This document shows positions 1 to 10,275 of a stretch of DNA of 64,000 nt, piece by piece (the stretch's first letter is position 1; every line of letters starts with the position of its first letter). The position numbers and the translations under genes were made by a program. Under the pieces are notes generated by a model. The model saw only the letters and a list, made by a program, of their open reading frames with translations. It was not told the DNA's origin and did not search any database. The stretch is from Actinomycetes bacterium (GTDB lineage: Bacteria; Actinomycetota; Acidimicrobiia; Acidimicrobiales; Palsa-688), in NCBI GenBank assembly GCA_021799445.1, contig JAJZAM010000003.1:596-64595 (forward strand), given 5' to 3'.

Positions 1-71
1 CTGAGAACGCTCAGGCCGCTCAGAACGAAACGCTCTCGGCGACATCTCGGGAACCGACGAGGGTCGTCTCC

Positions 72-1298
72 GTGGGGGCTGGGAGAAGGACGCTCAGGGC
101 TCGCGGGTCGGCGAGGACGCCGGCCGGTCAAGGGCTGCTCCGCCGGGCGGCGTTGTTAGGGTCGGCACGCCCAGGAGCCGGCCGGCCTGAGGAAACTGGG
201 CTCAACGGTGAGCGGATTGACTTCAAAGCGGACGTCAAATCGCAGGAGAAGATCAGGTACCTCAGGGCCAGGTACGGACCTTCTTGGGTGGGGGCGGACG
301 ACTTCGACGTAGTCCACGTGCACGCTTCGAGCTTCTCGCCCCTAGCGTTCCTGGTGGCGAGAAGCGCAGCCCTCAGGGGGGTGCCCACCGTCGCAACGGT
401 GCACTCCATGTGGGCGAAAGCGTCACCGCTCTTTGACGCCGCCGACCTTTTGTGCGGCTGGGGTGACTGGCCCGTAGCGTGGTCCGCGGTCAGCAGCGCC
501 GCTGCCGACCCGCTGCGTAACATCGTCGGCAGACGGGGGGTGGTGACCGTGCTCGCCAACGGCGTCGACCCCTCCCAGTGGGACATCGACCCCGAGCCGC
601 CGGCTCCCAACCAGCTGAGGATCGTCTCGGTGTCTCGCCTCACTCCCCGCAAGCGAGTGGTCCAACTCGTCCACCTCCTCCGAAAAGCCCGCAAGAAGAT
701 CCCGTCGTCGATACAGATGCACGTTGAGATCCTCGGAGACGGACCCCAGATGGGCGAGATCCGTTCCTACCTCGAGGTGAACGCCATGACAGGGTGGGTT
801 CACCTCCGCGGCCGGGTCACTCGCGCCGAGATACGTGAAACTTTCGCCAGGTCCGACCTCTTCGTAGCTCCCGCCTCGCTGGAGTCTTTCGGTATAGCCG
901 CCTTGGAAGCCCGAACCGCCGGCCTGCCGATAGTCGCCAGGACCCGTACGGGGGTAGCCGATTTCGTAACCCACGGCGTCGAAGGATGGCTCGTCGGCTC
1001 CGACGCAGCGATGGCCGAGACTATAGCCTCCCTGGCGAGATCCCCCGAGCTGTTAGCCCGGGTCGCCGTGCACAACCGCCTCTACCCTGCGAGCGTCGAC
1101 TGGCGATCCGTGGAGCGCTCCTGCGAAGACCTCTACCACAGAGCAGCCGGGATCCACGGTAGGCGGATCGACACCGTGTTCCCAAGCGCAGCGGTCGCTC
1201 AGGCGACGCTAGCTCACGTCACGGTCCCGCGTTCTGCGGCCCCCGGCCGGGTGACATTGCTTAAAGTGCCGCCGCGCCAAGGGGTGAGCGACACATGA
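72..1298 (+). CDS. GT-B fold glycosyltransferase (GT4/GT1-like); possibly 5'-partial
   Basis: The translation carries the C-terminal GT-B pattern (RIVSVSRLTPRKR, ESFGIAALEARTAGLPIVA, GVEGWLV). The frame is open back to window position 3, so the true start may lie upstream of the window. Confidence 0.75.
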   Translation: MGAGRRTLRARGSARTPAGQGLLRRAALLGSARPGAGRPEETGLNGERIDFKADVKSQEKIRYLRARYGPSWVGADDFDVVHVHASSFSPLAFLVARSAALRGVPTVATVHSMWAKASPLFDAADLLCGWGDWPVAWSAVSSAAADPLRNIVGRRGVVTVLANGVDPSQWDIDPEPPAPNQLRIVSVSRLTPRKRVVQLVHLLRKARKKIPSSIQMHVEILGDGPQMGEIRSYLEVNAMTGWVHLRGRVTRAEIRETFARSDLFVAPASLESFGIAALEARTAGLPIVARTRTGVADFVTHGVEGWLVGSDAAMAETIASLARSPELLARVAVHNRLYPASVDWRSVERSCEDLYHRAAGIHGRRIDTVFPSAAVAQATLAHVTVPRSAAPGRVTLLKVPPRQGVSDT

Positions 1299-2179
1299 GC
1301 CAGTTCTCGATCGTCCTGGTAGCCCTAGCCTCCGCGCTGGCGGCCGCAGTGTCGAGCATCCTCCAACACCACAGCGCCCGGCGCGCCCCTGACGGTAGAG
1401 CCCACCGGCTCGCGCGGCACCTGCTCACCCGACCGGCGTGGCTGATCGGAGGGGTCGCAGCGGTCGCCGGCCTGGCCCTTCACGTCCTCGCTCTCGACGG
1501 TGGACAGCTAGCCGTCGTGCAGCCGCTGCTGATCTCGGGAGTCCTCTTCGCCCTTCCGGTGAGCGCAGTGCTGGAGCGGAGGCGTCCCTCCATAAGAGAA
1601 TGGCTGCTAGCCCTGGTCCTGGTAGCGGGGCTCGCAATGTTCCTCCTCGCGGCCAAACCCACCGCCGGTCAGGTGCCCATCGACTCGGACCGCCTCGCTT
1701 GGTCTACGATCGGCGGCAGCTTCGTGGTCGGCGCGCTGACTTTTCTCGGCACGCGCAAGGGTCGCCTGTCGTCGCGCGCCGCTCCAGCCGTGCTCGGCAT
1801 GGCAGCAGGTGTCGGCTACGGGTTGGTGGCAGGTCTGCTCAAAGAGCTGACGCTGATAATGCACACCGGCGTCTCTAACCTGCTCGTCACGTGGCCCCTC
1901 TACGGTCTGGCGGCCCTCGGGTTGGCGTCGGTACTTCTAACCCAGATGGCCTACAGGGCCGGACCCCTGTGCAGGTCGATGCCAGCCCTGACGGTGGCTG
2001 ATCCCGCAGCGTCGGTGATCATAGGAATGGTGGCTTTCCAGGAGCGCCTCGACGGGACCGCTCTCGCCGTGCTGGTACAGGTCGTCGGCTTCGTCGCAAT
2101 GGCAGCGGCGGCTACGCAACTCGCCCGTCGGGAGGCGGGCGACCCGGCTCACCCGGTGGTCGTCCAGCCACCCCTGTGA
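1295..2179 (+). CDS. polytopic integral membrane protein (DMT/EamA-like is a guess)
   Basis: 294-aa ORF with about 9-10 hydrophobic segments. Its ATG overlaps the upstream stop (ATGA), which suggests translational coupling with the glycosyltransferase. Confidence 0.6.
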   Translation: MSQFSIVLVALASALAAAVSSILQHHSARRAPDGRAHRLARHLLTRPAWLIGGVAAVAGLALHVLALDGGQLAVVQPLLISGVLFALPVSAVLERRRPSIREWLLALVLVAGLAMFLLAAKPTAGQVPIDSDRLAWSTIGGSFVVGALTFLGTRKGRLSSRAAPAVLGMAAGVGYGLVAGLLKELTLIMHTGVSNLLVTWPLYGLAALGLASVLLTQMAYRAGPLCRSMPALTVADPAASVIIGMVAFQERLDGTALAVLVQVVGFVAMAAAATQLARREAGDPAHPVVVQPPL

Positions 2180-2433
2180 ACCCGACAGCCCTCAGAGCCG
2201 GCCAGGCTACGTCATCGACGGGGCGGTCGCCGGGAGCTTCCAGTTTGCGCTAGCATGTCCCTTGGCCCTATGGCCGGTCGCAACGCGCCCATCACTGTCA
2301 GCCAGCAGAGGCCTCGAGCCTCCTAAGGCGAGCGGGACGGGGTTGCTGTGAGCCGCACAGGGCCCTTCCCGGTCTTGGCCGGGGATCCCCTGCCCACACA
2401 CATCCCCCCACAAGCAGTCGACGAGAGGTTCTG

Positions 2434-2802
2434 TTGCCGACAATCGCGCAGTTGGTCCGAAAGGGCCGTGAACAAAAGACGGCCAAGACCAAGACCCCAG
2501 CTCTTCGCGGGGCTCCGCAGCGTCGGGGGGTGTGCACCCGCGTCTACACGACCACTCCCAAGAAGCCGAACTCCGCTCTTCGCAAAGTGGCCCGTGTCAG
2601 GCTGACCAGCGGCGTCGAGGTGACGGCCTACATCCCAGGCGAAGGCCACAACCTCCAGGAACACTCGATCGTGCTGGTGCGCGGCGGCCGCGTGAAAGAC
2701 CTGCCCGGGGTGCGTTACAAGATCATCCGCGGGACACTGGACACCTCCGGGGTGCGTGACCGCAAGCAGGCCCGTAGCCGCTACGGTGCCAAGAAGGCCT
2801 AG
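2434..2802 (+). CDS. rpsL: 30S ribosomal protein S12
   Basis: [11 protein letters not shown]...[18 protein letters not shown]...[17 protein letters not shown] start preceded by GAGAGG. Confidence 0.98.
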   Translation: MPTIAQLVRKGREQKTAKTKTPALRGAPQRRGVCTRVYTTTPKKPNSALRKVARVRLTSGVEVTAYIPGEGHNLQEHSIVLVRGGRVKDLPGVRYKIIRGTLDTSGVRDRKQARSRYGAKKA

Positions 2803-2834
2803 ACGACGCCAAGGAAGAACGAAGGACTAAGAAA

Positions 2835-3305
2835 ATGCCCCGTAAAGGACCGCCGCCCCGGCGTGATCTCCAACCAGACCCGATCTACCGTTCGGTGCTC
2901 GTAACCCAAGTCGTAAACAAGGTTCTTGAGCGGGGCAAGCGAAGCCTTGCCGAGAGGATCGTCTACGAGGCCCTCGACATCGTCAAGGACAAAAGCGACG
3001 GTGACGCCGTCGGCGTGCTCAAGCGGGCGGTGGACAACACTAAGCCTCAGCTCGAAGTCAAGAGCCGTCGCGTCGGTGGAGCGACCTATCAGGTTCCCGT
3101 CGAGGTCAGACCCAAGCGCGCTTCGACCCTGTCGATCCGCTGGATCGTCGGCTACTCGCGCCAACGCCGTGAGAAGACGATGGCCCAAAAGCTCGCGGCG
3201 GAGCTCCTCGACGCCTCCAACGGTGTCGGAGCCGCAGTGAAACGCCGTGAAGACATGCACAAGATGGCGGAGTCGAACCGTGCCTTCGCCCACTACCGCT
3301 GGTAA
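2835..3305 (+). CDS. rpsG: 30S ribosomal protein S7
   Basis: [18 protein letters not shown]...[22 protein letters not shown]; follows rpsL. Confidence 0.98.
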   Translation: MPRKGPPPRRDLQPDPIYRSVLVTQVVNKVLERGKRSLAERIVYEALDIVKDKSDGDAVGVLKRAVDNTKPQLEVKSRRVGGATYQVPVEVRPKRASTLSIRWIVGYSRQRREKTMAQKLAAELLDASNGVGAAVKRREDMHKMAESNRAFAHYRW

Positions 3306-3348
3306 CTCCACGGAGCCCAAGCGGAGAAGCTGATTAGAGAGAACGCAC

Positions 3349-5451
3349 ATGGCTGAGTCCAACGCAGTACGCGCCAAGCCGCTAGACAAAGTCCGCAACA
3401 TCGGGATCATGGCCCACATCGATGCGGGCAAGACCACTACTACCGAGCGGATCCTTTTCTACACCGGCATCAACTACAAGATCGGGGAGGTCCACGAAGG
3501 GGCCGCCACGATGGACTGGATGCCCCAGGAGCAAGAGCGGGGCATCACGATCACCAGCGCCGCTACCACCTGTGAGTGGGAAGGCACCCGGATCAACATC
3601 ATCGACACGCCCGGTCACGTCGACTTCACCGTCGAAGTCGAGCGGTCCCTTCGAGTTCTCGACGGGGCCGTCGCGGTCTTCGACGCCGTCGCCGGCGTCG
3701 AACCTCAAACCGAGACCGTGTGGCGCCAAGCTGACAAGTACGGCGTGCCGCGGATGTGCTTCGTCAACAAGATGGACCGCATCGGCGCCGACTTCTACCG
3801 CTGCGTGGACATGATCAAGGACCGCCTCGGCGCGACGGTAGCTGTGGTGCAGCTACCCATCGGCTCCGAGAGCGAGTTCAAAGGCTGCATCGACCTGCTC
3901 GGAATGCGAGCTCTCGTGTGGAACGACGAGGCGGCCAAGGGCGAGAAGTTCGACGTCGTCGACATCCCCGCCCACCTCGTAAGCGAAGCCGAGACCTACC
4001 GAAGCGAGCTGGTCGACACGCTGTCCAACTTCGACGACTCGATCACCGAGAAGTACCTGGGCGAGGAGGAGATAACCGCAGCTGACTTGGAGAGCGCCCT
4101 GCGCGCCGCCACGATCGCTGGCCAGGTCGTGCCCGTCCTGTGCGGGAGCGCGTTCAAGAACAAAGGCGTTCAACCCATGCTTGACGCCGTCGTAGCGTAC
4201 CTTCCAAGCCCGATAGACATTCCTCCCACTCGCGGCACGGACATGAAAGGTATTGAAGAGCTCGAGCGTAGAGCGGACGACTCGGAGCCCTTCGCCGCGC
4301 TGGCGTTCAAGATCATGACGGACCCCCACCTCGGGAAGCTGACTTACGCCCGGGTTTACTCGGGCAAGTTGACGTCGGGCAGCGGGATCTTGAACTCGAC
4401 CAAGGACCGCAAGGAGCGGGTCGGGCGGATCCTTCAGATGCACGCAAACCACCGGGAGGACCGGGACGCGGCTTTCGCTGGGGACATCGTCGCCCTTGTC
4501 GGTCTCAAGCAGACGACGACCGGCGACACGCTGTGCGACCCGGGCTCACCGATAGTCTTGGAGTCGCTCGACTTCCCCGAGCCGGTCATCCACGTCGCTG
4601 TCGAACCGAAGACCAAGAACGACCAGGACAAACTCTCCAGGGCTTTGCAGGCCCTCTCCGAGGAGGACCCGACCTTCCAAGTCCACTCCGACGAGGAGAC
4701 AGGCCAGACGGTGATCGGCGGCATGGGCGAACTGCACCTAGAAGTGCTCGTAGACCGGATGCTGCGCGAGTTCAAGGTCGACGCTAACGTCGGCAAACCG
4801 CAGGTCGCCTACCGCGAGACGATCAAGAACGCTGTCAGCAAAGTCGAGACCCGCTACGTCCGCCAGACCGGCGGTAGAGGTCAGTACGGTCACGTGGTCC
4901 TCGACTTGGAGCCGACAGGACCCGGAGGCGGCTACGAGTTCGTCGACAAGATCACCGGGGGTATCATCCCCAAGGAGTACATCCCGTCCGTCGACGCCGG
5001 CATCCAAGACGCGATGGCCTCCGGGGTGCTCGCAGGCTACCCGGTCGTCGACGTTAGAGCAACGCTCGTGTTCGGCTCCTACCACGACGTCGACTCGTCG
5101 GAAATGGCCTTCAAGATCGCCGGTTCGATGTGCTTCAAGGAGGCTTGCCGCAAGGCCAAGCCCGTCCTGCTGGAGCCGATCATGTCCGTCGAGGTGGTCA
5201 CACCCGAGGACTACATGGGCGACGTGATCGGCAACCTGTCGTCACGGCGTGGCAAGGTCGAAGGTATGGAGCAGCGCGGTAACTCCCAGGTCGTGAGGGC
5301 GCAGGTTCCGCTGGCCGAGATGTTCGGCTACGCTACCGACCTGCGCTCCCGAAGCCAGGGTAGAGCTACCTATAGCATGCAGTTCAACTCCTACCAGGAA
5401 GTTCCAGACTCGATCGCCCAGGAGATCGTGAAGCGGATACGGGGAGAATAA
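3349..5451 (+). CDS. fusA: elongation factor G
   Basis: 700 aa with G-domain motifs [17 protein letters not shown] and NKMDR; str-operon position. Confidence 0.98.
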   Translation: MAESNAVRAKPLDKVRNIGIMAHIDAGKTTTTERILFYTGINYKIGEVHEGAATMDWMPQEQERGITITSAATTCEWEGTRINIIDTPGHVDFTVEVERSLRVLDGAVAVFDAVAGVEPQTETVWRQADKYGVPRMCFVNKMDRIGADFYRCVDMIKDRLGATVAVVQLPIGSESEFKGCIDLLGMRALVWNDEAAKGEKFDVVDIPAHLVSEAETYRSELVDTLSNFDDSITEKYLGEEEITAADLESALRAATIAGQVVPVLCGSAFKNKGVQPMLDAVVAYLPSPIDIPPTRGTDMKGIEELERRADDSEPFAALAFKIMTDPHLGKLTYARVYSGKLTSGSGILNSTKDRKERVGRILQMHANHREDRDAAFAGDIVALVGLKQTTTGDTLCDPGSPIVLESLDFPEPVIHVAVEPKTKNDQDKLSRALQALSEEDPTFQVHSDEETGQTVIGGMGELHLEVLVDRMLREFKVDANVGKPQVAYRETIKNAVSKVETRYVRQTGGRGQYGHVVLDLEPTGPGGGYEFVDKITGGIIPKEYIPSVDAGIQDAMASGVLAGYPVVDVRATLVFGSYHDVDSSEMAFKIAGSMCFKEACRKAKPVLLEPIMSVEVVTPEDYMGDVIGNLSSRRGKVEGMEQRGNSQVVRAQVPLAEMFGYATDLRSRSQGRATYSMQFNSYQEVPDSIAQEIVKRIRGE

Positions 5452-5570
5452 ACCCCCTCCGGTCCACCCCAAACCGGGCTGCGGCGGTCCCCCCGCAGAG
5501 GTACTAACGTATAACACCGCGTCCACCCCCCGGCCGGGCGGCCGGCACCGCATGAGGAGCATGCCCACAT

Positions 5571-6761
<1,191 letters not shown>

Positions 6762-6764
6762 CAA

Positions 6765-6827
6765 GCCGAGCTGGCGCAGCTCCGGGAGGTTGGCTCAGGC
6801 GAGCCTGCCCGGAGCTGGCGCCTCGGC
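6765..6827 (+). terminator. long imperfect stem-loop after the tuf stop (possible U-tract-less terminator or attenuator)
   Basis: GCCGAG..CAGCTCCGGG (6765-6786) pairs with CCCGGAGCTG..CTCGGC (6808-6827), and the loop holds an inner GGCTC/GAGCC hairpin. No U-tract follows. Confidence 0.3.
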
Positions 6828-6893
6828 CAGTAGCAAAAAGCTGAACATCCGAATTTTGACAACCCGAATCCGATCTGGAAATGGAGTCCCACC

Positions 6894-7220
6894 GTGGCTG
6901 ACGCCGCCAAACAACGCATCCGTATCCGCTTGAAGGCCTACGACCACGAGATCTTGGACCAGTCCACGAAGAAGATCGTCGAGACGGTGTTGAGAACACA
7001 GGCTGTGGTGAGAGGCCCGGTCCCTCTGCCTACCGAGAAGAACCGTTACACGGTTATCCGCTCACCTCACAAGTACAAAGACAGCCGCGAGCACTTCGAG
7101 ATGCGGGTCCACAAGCGCCTCTTGGACATCGTCGACCACACCCCCAAGACGGTCGACTCGCTGCAGCGGATCGAGCTACCCGCAGGCGTCGACATCGAGA
7201 TCAAGATACAACAAAACTAA
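6894..7220 (+). CDS. rpsJ: 30S ribosomal protein S10
   Basis: 108 aa with [18 protein letters not shown]...[42 protein letters not shown] start with GGAG 8 nt upstream. Confidence 0.97.
   Translation: MADAAKQRIRIRLKAYDHEILDQSTKKIVETVLRTQAVVRGPVPLPTEKNRYTVIRSPHKYKDSREHFEMRVHKRLLDIVDHTPKTVDSLQRIELPAGVDIEIKIQQN
7199..7220 (+). repeat. att core copy A (native rpsJ 3' end, codons IKIQQN-stop)
   Basis: GATCAAGATACAACAAAACTAA. The same 22-mer or close variants recur at 11786, 14778, 16412 and 17392, each next to recombinase sequence. Confidence 0.8.
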
Positions 7221-7241
7221 TGCTGTTAACTTGAGACGCGT

Positions 7242-7277
7242 TGACGTAGGGCCTCCCGTATGGGAGGCCCTACGTCG
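7242..7277 (+). terminator. 16-bp stem-loop 22 nt after the rpsJ stop (candidate U-tract-less terminator or recombinase-binding palindrome)
   Basis: TGACGTAGGGCCTCCC-GTAT-GGGAGGCCCTACGTCG, with 12 perfect pairs plus 4 flanking pairs. No U-tract on either strand. Identical copy at 11829-11864. Confidence 0.4.
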
Positions 7278-8208
7278 CGCAGTACGCCATACGGTACGCC
7301 AACGCCGGCACTCGGCGGTACTACGAGCGGCACCTGAAGGCGCTCGTCTCGTTCGCCGACGTGGACCATCCCAGGTTGCTCTCTTAGTCGGTCGTCCTGG
7401 CGCGGTGTGGGCAGGGGAGAGCGAACAACACAGTTCGCAACACGCTCTGCCGGGCGTGCACCTTGCTGCGCTGGAGTGTGCGTCAAGGCGAGGTCGATGC
7501 CGCCTTGATCGGGGCGCTGATGAGCCGGGACAATCCGCTGCGCCAGATCCCGCAGCTCTACGGGAAGGCGCGGGGTGTGCGCCCGGCGCGCTGGCTAAGC
7601 CACTCGGAGGCGTCCGGACAGTTGATCGGAGCGTGTCGGGACGGGACCGACCTCGGGTTGCGGGACGAGGCACTGATCCGGCTCGGCCTGGCGGGGATGC
7701 GGGCGGCCGAGATCTTCCGCCTACGGGTCGGCGACCTCCGTCTCCACGACGCCGAGGCCCGGATCGAGTGGGTCGGTAAGAAGCGTCGGGCCCGGGTGAT
7801 CGTGCCGGGCCCATCGTTGATCGCCACTCTCGACGCCATGTTCGATCGGTGGCAGCAGCTGCTCGGTCGGCCGCTACGCCCCGACGAGGCGGTCATCTGT
7901 TGTGGCAAGTCCGGCGCCGGCAGCGGGTTGCTCATTCCCGATCAGCCGATCGCCCAGACGTCTCGGTGCGGCAGATCGTCGCCCGCCGGGATCAACGGGC
8001 CGGACTCGGGCACGTCGCTCCTCACGACCTACGGCGAACCGCCGCCGGGCTCTTGCGCCGGTCAGTCGGCCCGGACCGGTCGCACCACTTCGACCTACTG
8101 GACATCCAGAAGGTGCTCGGCCACTCCGACCCCGCCACGACGATGCGCTCCTACCTGGACCCTCTCGATACCGGGGTGCTCGGTCGGGCGGCCGGGGTCC
8201 TGGACTGA
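7250..8208 (+). pseudogene. tyrosine recombinase (phage-integrase family), disrupted
   Basis: Frame 2 gives ..RYANAGTRRYYERHL..HPRLLS-TAG(7385-7387)-..RANNTVRNTL..LRW..RDEALIRLGLAGMRAAEIFRLRVGDL (Arg box). Catalytic box II lies in frame 1: HVAPHDLRRTAAG...IQKVLGHSDPATTMRSYLD (7849-8208 ORF). I found no start codon upstream of the N-terminal domain. That makes one in-frame stop plus one frameshift near 7945-7975. Confidence 0.8.
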
Positions 8209-8301
8209 ATGGCTGCCCGGCGGCCTCTCCGCCCTACGGGCGGCCGGCCGCCATCGTCTGGAACGGGGGTGCCTACCGGCCACTCGGCGCCGGGGTGCCG
8301 G

Positions 8302-9570
8302 TCAGGCGATCTCCCCGGTCTGGTAGTCGACCTTCGGTACCAGTCTCAGGCGCTTCCGCTCGGCCGCCGCGTAGGCCCAGGCGTAGAGACGGGCGTAGTC
8401 CTCCGGTCCCAGCCCGCCAGCGGTGAGACCTTGCCAGTACCGGCGCTTCTTGGCGTCCTCGGAGAGGGGCCGGCCCTTGGAGTGGCGGCGGAGGCCTTCA
8501 AGGCGCGTGAGTCGCCGGTTGAGCTGATGCCAGACGTCCTCGTCAACCTCCAAGAGCTCGACGGTCGGCTTGAACCCGGACTGGTAGCCGAACGTGCCGA
8601 AGTAACGGACGACGGCGCCGAACCCATCGGGCGGGACCTTCTGCTTCGCCTTCGATGCCTCGCCGGCCATGTAGGCGGCGATGGCCGCCCTTCGTGTCTT
8701 CGTGGCCACCTGGTCGTCCTTGGCGAAGAAGACGGTGCGGACGTTGACGCCGCGGCGGGCGTGATTCTCGACGGTGCCGTCGGTGACGATCTGCGACCAC
8801 CAGCGCAGCATCTCCGTCGCCGTGTCTCCACCGAAGAGCTCGCTGATCGGAGGTGTCCACCACCTTCCCTGGTGCTTGCCGTGGCGGCGGACATTCTGGT
8901 TGCCGAGACGGGTGAGCATCTGGAAGCCGCGATAGTCGGCGTCGGGCATCGACTCCGGGCCCTTCATCAGCAGGTGGAGGTGAGGTCGGCCCTCGGCCAG
9001 CTGGAACTCCTTGGACCAGAACCCGACCGGCCGTTCGCCGAAGCCGCGGTACCACGCCTCGCCGAACGCGCGGCGGTGACGCTCGAGCGTCCGGCCGTCT
9101 GGGACCCACTGCTTCCAGTCGCCCGGGTAAGTGAGCGTGATCCATAGCGGCCGGTCACCGAGCATCTCGAACGGAAGCGACAGCACCCAACGCCACATCT
9201 CGCGCCGGCTGCGCTCCGACATTCCTTTGGCTCCCCGGCCCAGGCGCTCCTTCGCTGCTTCGCGGGCCGCCTCCAGCTCCTTGGACCCGAAGTACTCGGC
9301 CACCTCGTCAGGATCGAGTGTGTCGAGGAAGAGCTCTTCGTTGTCTCGGCGTTCCAGGTCTTCGGCGGCCAGGATTTCCGCTTCCTCGTCTGGGTCGAGC
9401 CGGTTGAACTCGATCGATTCTCCAGCCTCCTCCAGGTCCTCGAGCTGGCGTACGACCTGGTCCATGAGCGGACCGAGGCGGGCCCGGCCGAACTTCGTCC
9501 GCAGTCCGAGTTGGTGACGTAGCCGCACGTAGCCGGGTGCGACCTCGACGAAGAATCGCTCACGGGCCAT
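8302..9570 (-). CDS. HUH rolling-circle replication initiator (RepSA-like, AICE/plasmid type)
   Basis: 422 aa with motif I LWITLTYP, motif II GRPHLHLLMKG (HUH) and motif III RRAAIAAYMAGEASKAK (catalytic Tyr). Confidence 0.75.
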   Translation of the reverse strand: MARERFFVEVAPGYVRLRHQLGLRTKFGRARLGPLMDQVVRQLEDLEEAGESIEFNRLDPDEEAEILAAEDLERRDNEELFLDTLDPDEVAEYFGSKELEAAREAAKERLGRGAKGMSERSRREMWRWVLSLPFEMLGDRPLWITLTYPGDWKQWVPDGRTLERHRRAFGEAWYRGFGERPVGFWSKEFQLAEGRPHLHLLMKGPESMPDADYRGFQMLTRLGNQNVRRHGKHQGRWWTPPISELFGGDTATEMLRWWSQIVTDGTVENHARRGVNVRTVFFAKDDQVATKTRRAAIAAYMAGEASKAKQKVPPDGFGAVVRYFGTFGYQSGFKPTVELLEVDEDVWHQLNRRLTRLEGLRRHSKGRPLSEDAKKRRYWQGLTAGGLGPEDYARLYAWAYAAAERKRLRLVPKVDYQTGEIA

Positions 9571-9608
9571 GATGGCCTGACATCTCCTCTCTCCTCTCGG
9601 CGCGCACT

Positions 9609-9626
9609 ATTGTCCGCATTGTGCAC
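9609..9626. promoter_or_regulatory. conserved box ATTGTCCGCATTGTGCAC upstream of rep
   Basis: About 40 nt upstream of the rep start on the minus strand. Repeated at 13740-13757 (ATTGTCCGTATTGTGCAC) upstream of the rep pseudogene. Contains a direct ATTGT..ATTGT repeat. Confidence 0.35.
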
Positions 9627-9678
9627 CGTAGCTGTGACGGGTTTAGTTGCCCCGACCTGACGTCGTTCGGCTCAGCTG

Positions 9679-9698
9679 CCGGGATTGCCGCATCCCGG
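9679..9698. other. conserved hairpin, candidate double-strand origin for the Rep protein
   Basis: CCGGGAT-TGCCGC-ATCCCGG. The equivalent position in module 2 (13848-13863) has GGGATT-GCAG-AATCCC, embedded in the shared flank CGTTCGG. Confidence 0.35.
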
Positions 9699-9755
9699 CG
9701 GCGGTCAGCGCCGATCAGGCAATCTGTTAGTGACGGCCAGACAGCGAGGTCAGCG

Positions 9756-10226
9756 GTGAGCACCTCCGACACGCATCCCTTGTTGCTGCCGCCGTCCCCG
9801 TCGTTCCGGTGCACAGCACTTGCCTGCAAGCAGAAGTACGGCGAGCGGCAGTACTGGGGCTTGCTGACCGTCAAGCCGGGTGTGCTGACCTTCGCCCCGG
9901 CGGGGACATCTGCCGCCTATCCGTTGCTTGACCGATTCTCCACGTGGTTGCTCAACCTGACCTCAGGGGTTGAGCCAAACCTGGGCACGGTCGTTCACAC
10001 CCAACCCACGTGTGCCCTTCTCCGCGTCCCTAGTGGCTACTACCGATCCTGGCTGCTGGTCACTGGCGATTCCCGATACGGAGACCCGAGCCGGGTGCTG
10101 GTCGGGCTGCGAACGAAGCACTACGTCCCAGACGCGCTCCGATGGGCTGGGTTCACGGTGACCGAGGAGCAGACAACCAAAGACGGTCTGATCGACACTG
10201 TCCGCGATCCTGGTCCAGCCACGTAG
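9756..10226 (+). CDS. hypothetical protein (start uncertain)
   Basis: C-terminal 156 codons of the 9621-10226 ORF. The region upstream of the GTG at 9756 overlaps noncoding sequence conserved with module 2. No family recognised. Confidence 0.35.
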   Translation: MSTSDTHPLLLPPSPSFRCTALACKQKYGERQYWGLLTVKPGVLTFAPAGTSAAYPLLDRFSTWLLNLTSGVEPNLGTVVHTQPTCALLRVPSGYYRSWLLVTGDSRYGDPSRVLVGLRTKHYVPDALRWAGFTVTEEQTTKDGLIDTVRDPGPAT

Positions 10227-10275
10227 CCCACGGCGACATAACGGCGCTCGTCGGACGGGATCCAGCGCCGACGCG

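Larger units (their letters stand above)
7199..8205 (+). repeat. about 1.0-kb direct repeat, copy 1 (partner 11786-12792)
   Basis: Offset 4587 nt. 7199-7929 appears identical to 11786-12516 (judged by eye and from identical ORF translations). 7930-8205 differs at about ten positions. Confidence 0.9.

Noticed and set aside
6860-6893. TTGACA just upstream of rpsJ as a dedicated rpsJ promoter
   Set aside because: It sits only about 25 nt before the GTG start. It has no convincing -10 box and leaves no room for the observed GGAG RBS in a transcript. It is probably a chance match.
7176-7814. Arg/Pro-rich ORFs on both strands across the recombinase region (7176-7814 minus and 7231-7779 plus, with duplicates at 11670-12401 and 11818-12366)
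   Set aside because: They are alternative frames of the recombinase pseudogene. No motifs are present, and the recombinase frames explain the conservation.
7940-7980. Programmed -1 ribosomal frameshift joining the two recombinase domains
   Set aside because: I saw no slippery heptamer or obvious downstream pseudoknot. The gene also carries an in-frame TAG and lacks a start codon, so decay or sequence error is more parsimonious. I kept it as a finding only for the unusual substitution pattern.
8209-9147. 312-aa plus-strand ORF, with several other ORFs overlapping 8302-9570
   Set aside because: It is antisense or out of frame to the Rep gene, which has clear HUH motifs. Its composition is Arg/Pro/Gly-rich, typical of non-coding frames in GC-rich DNA.
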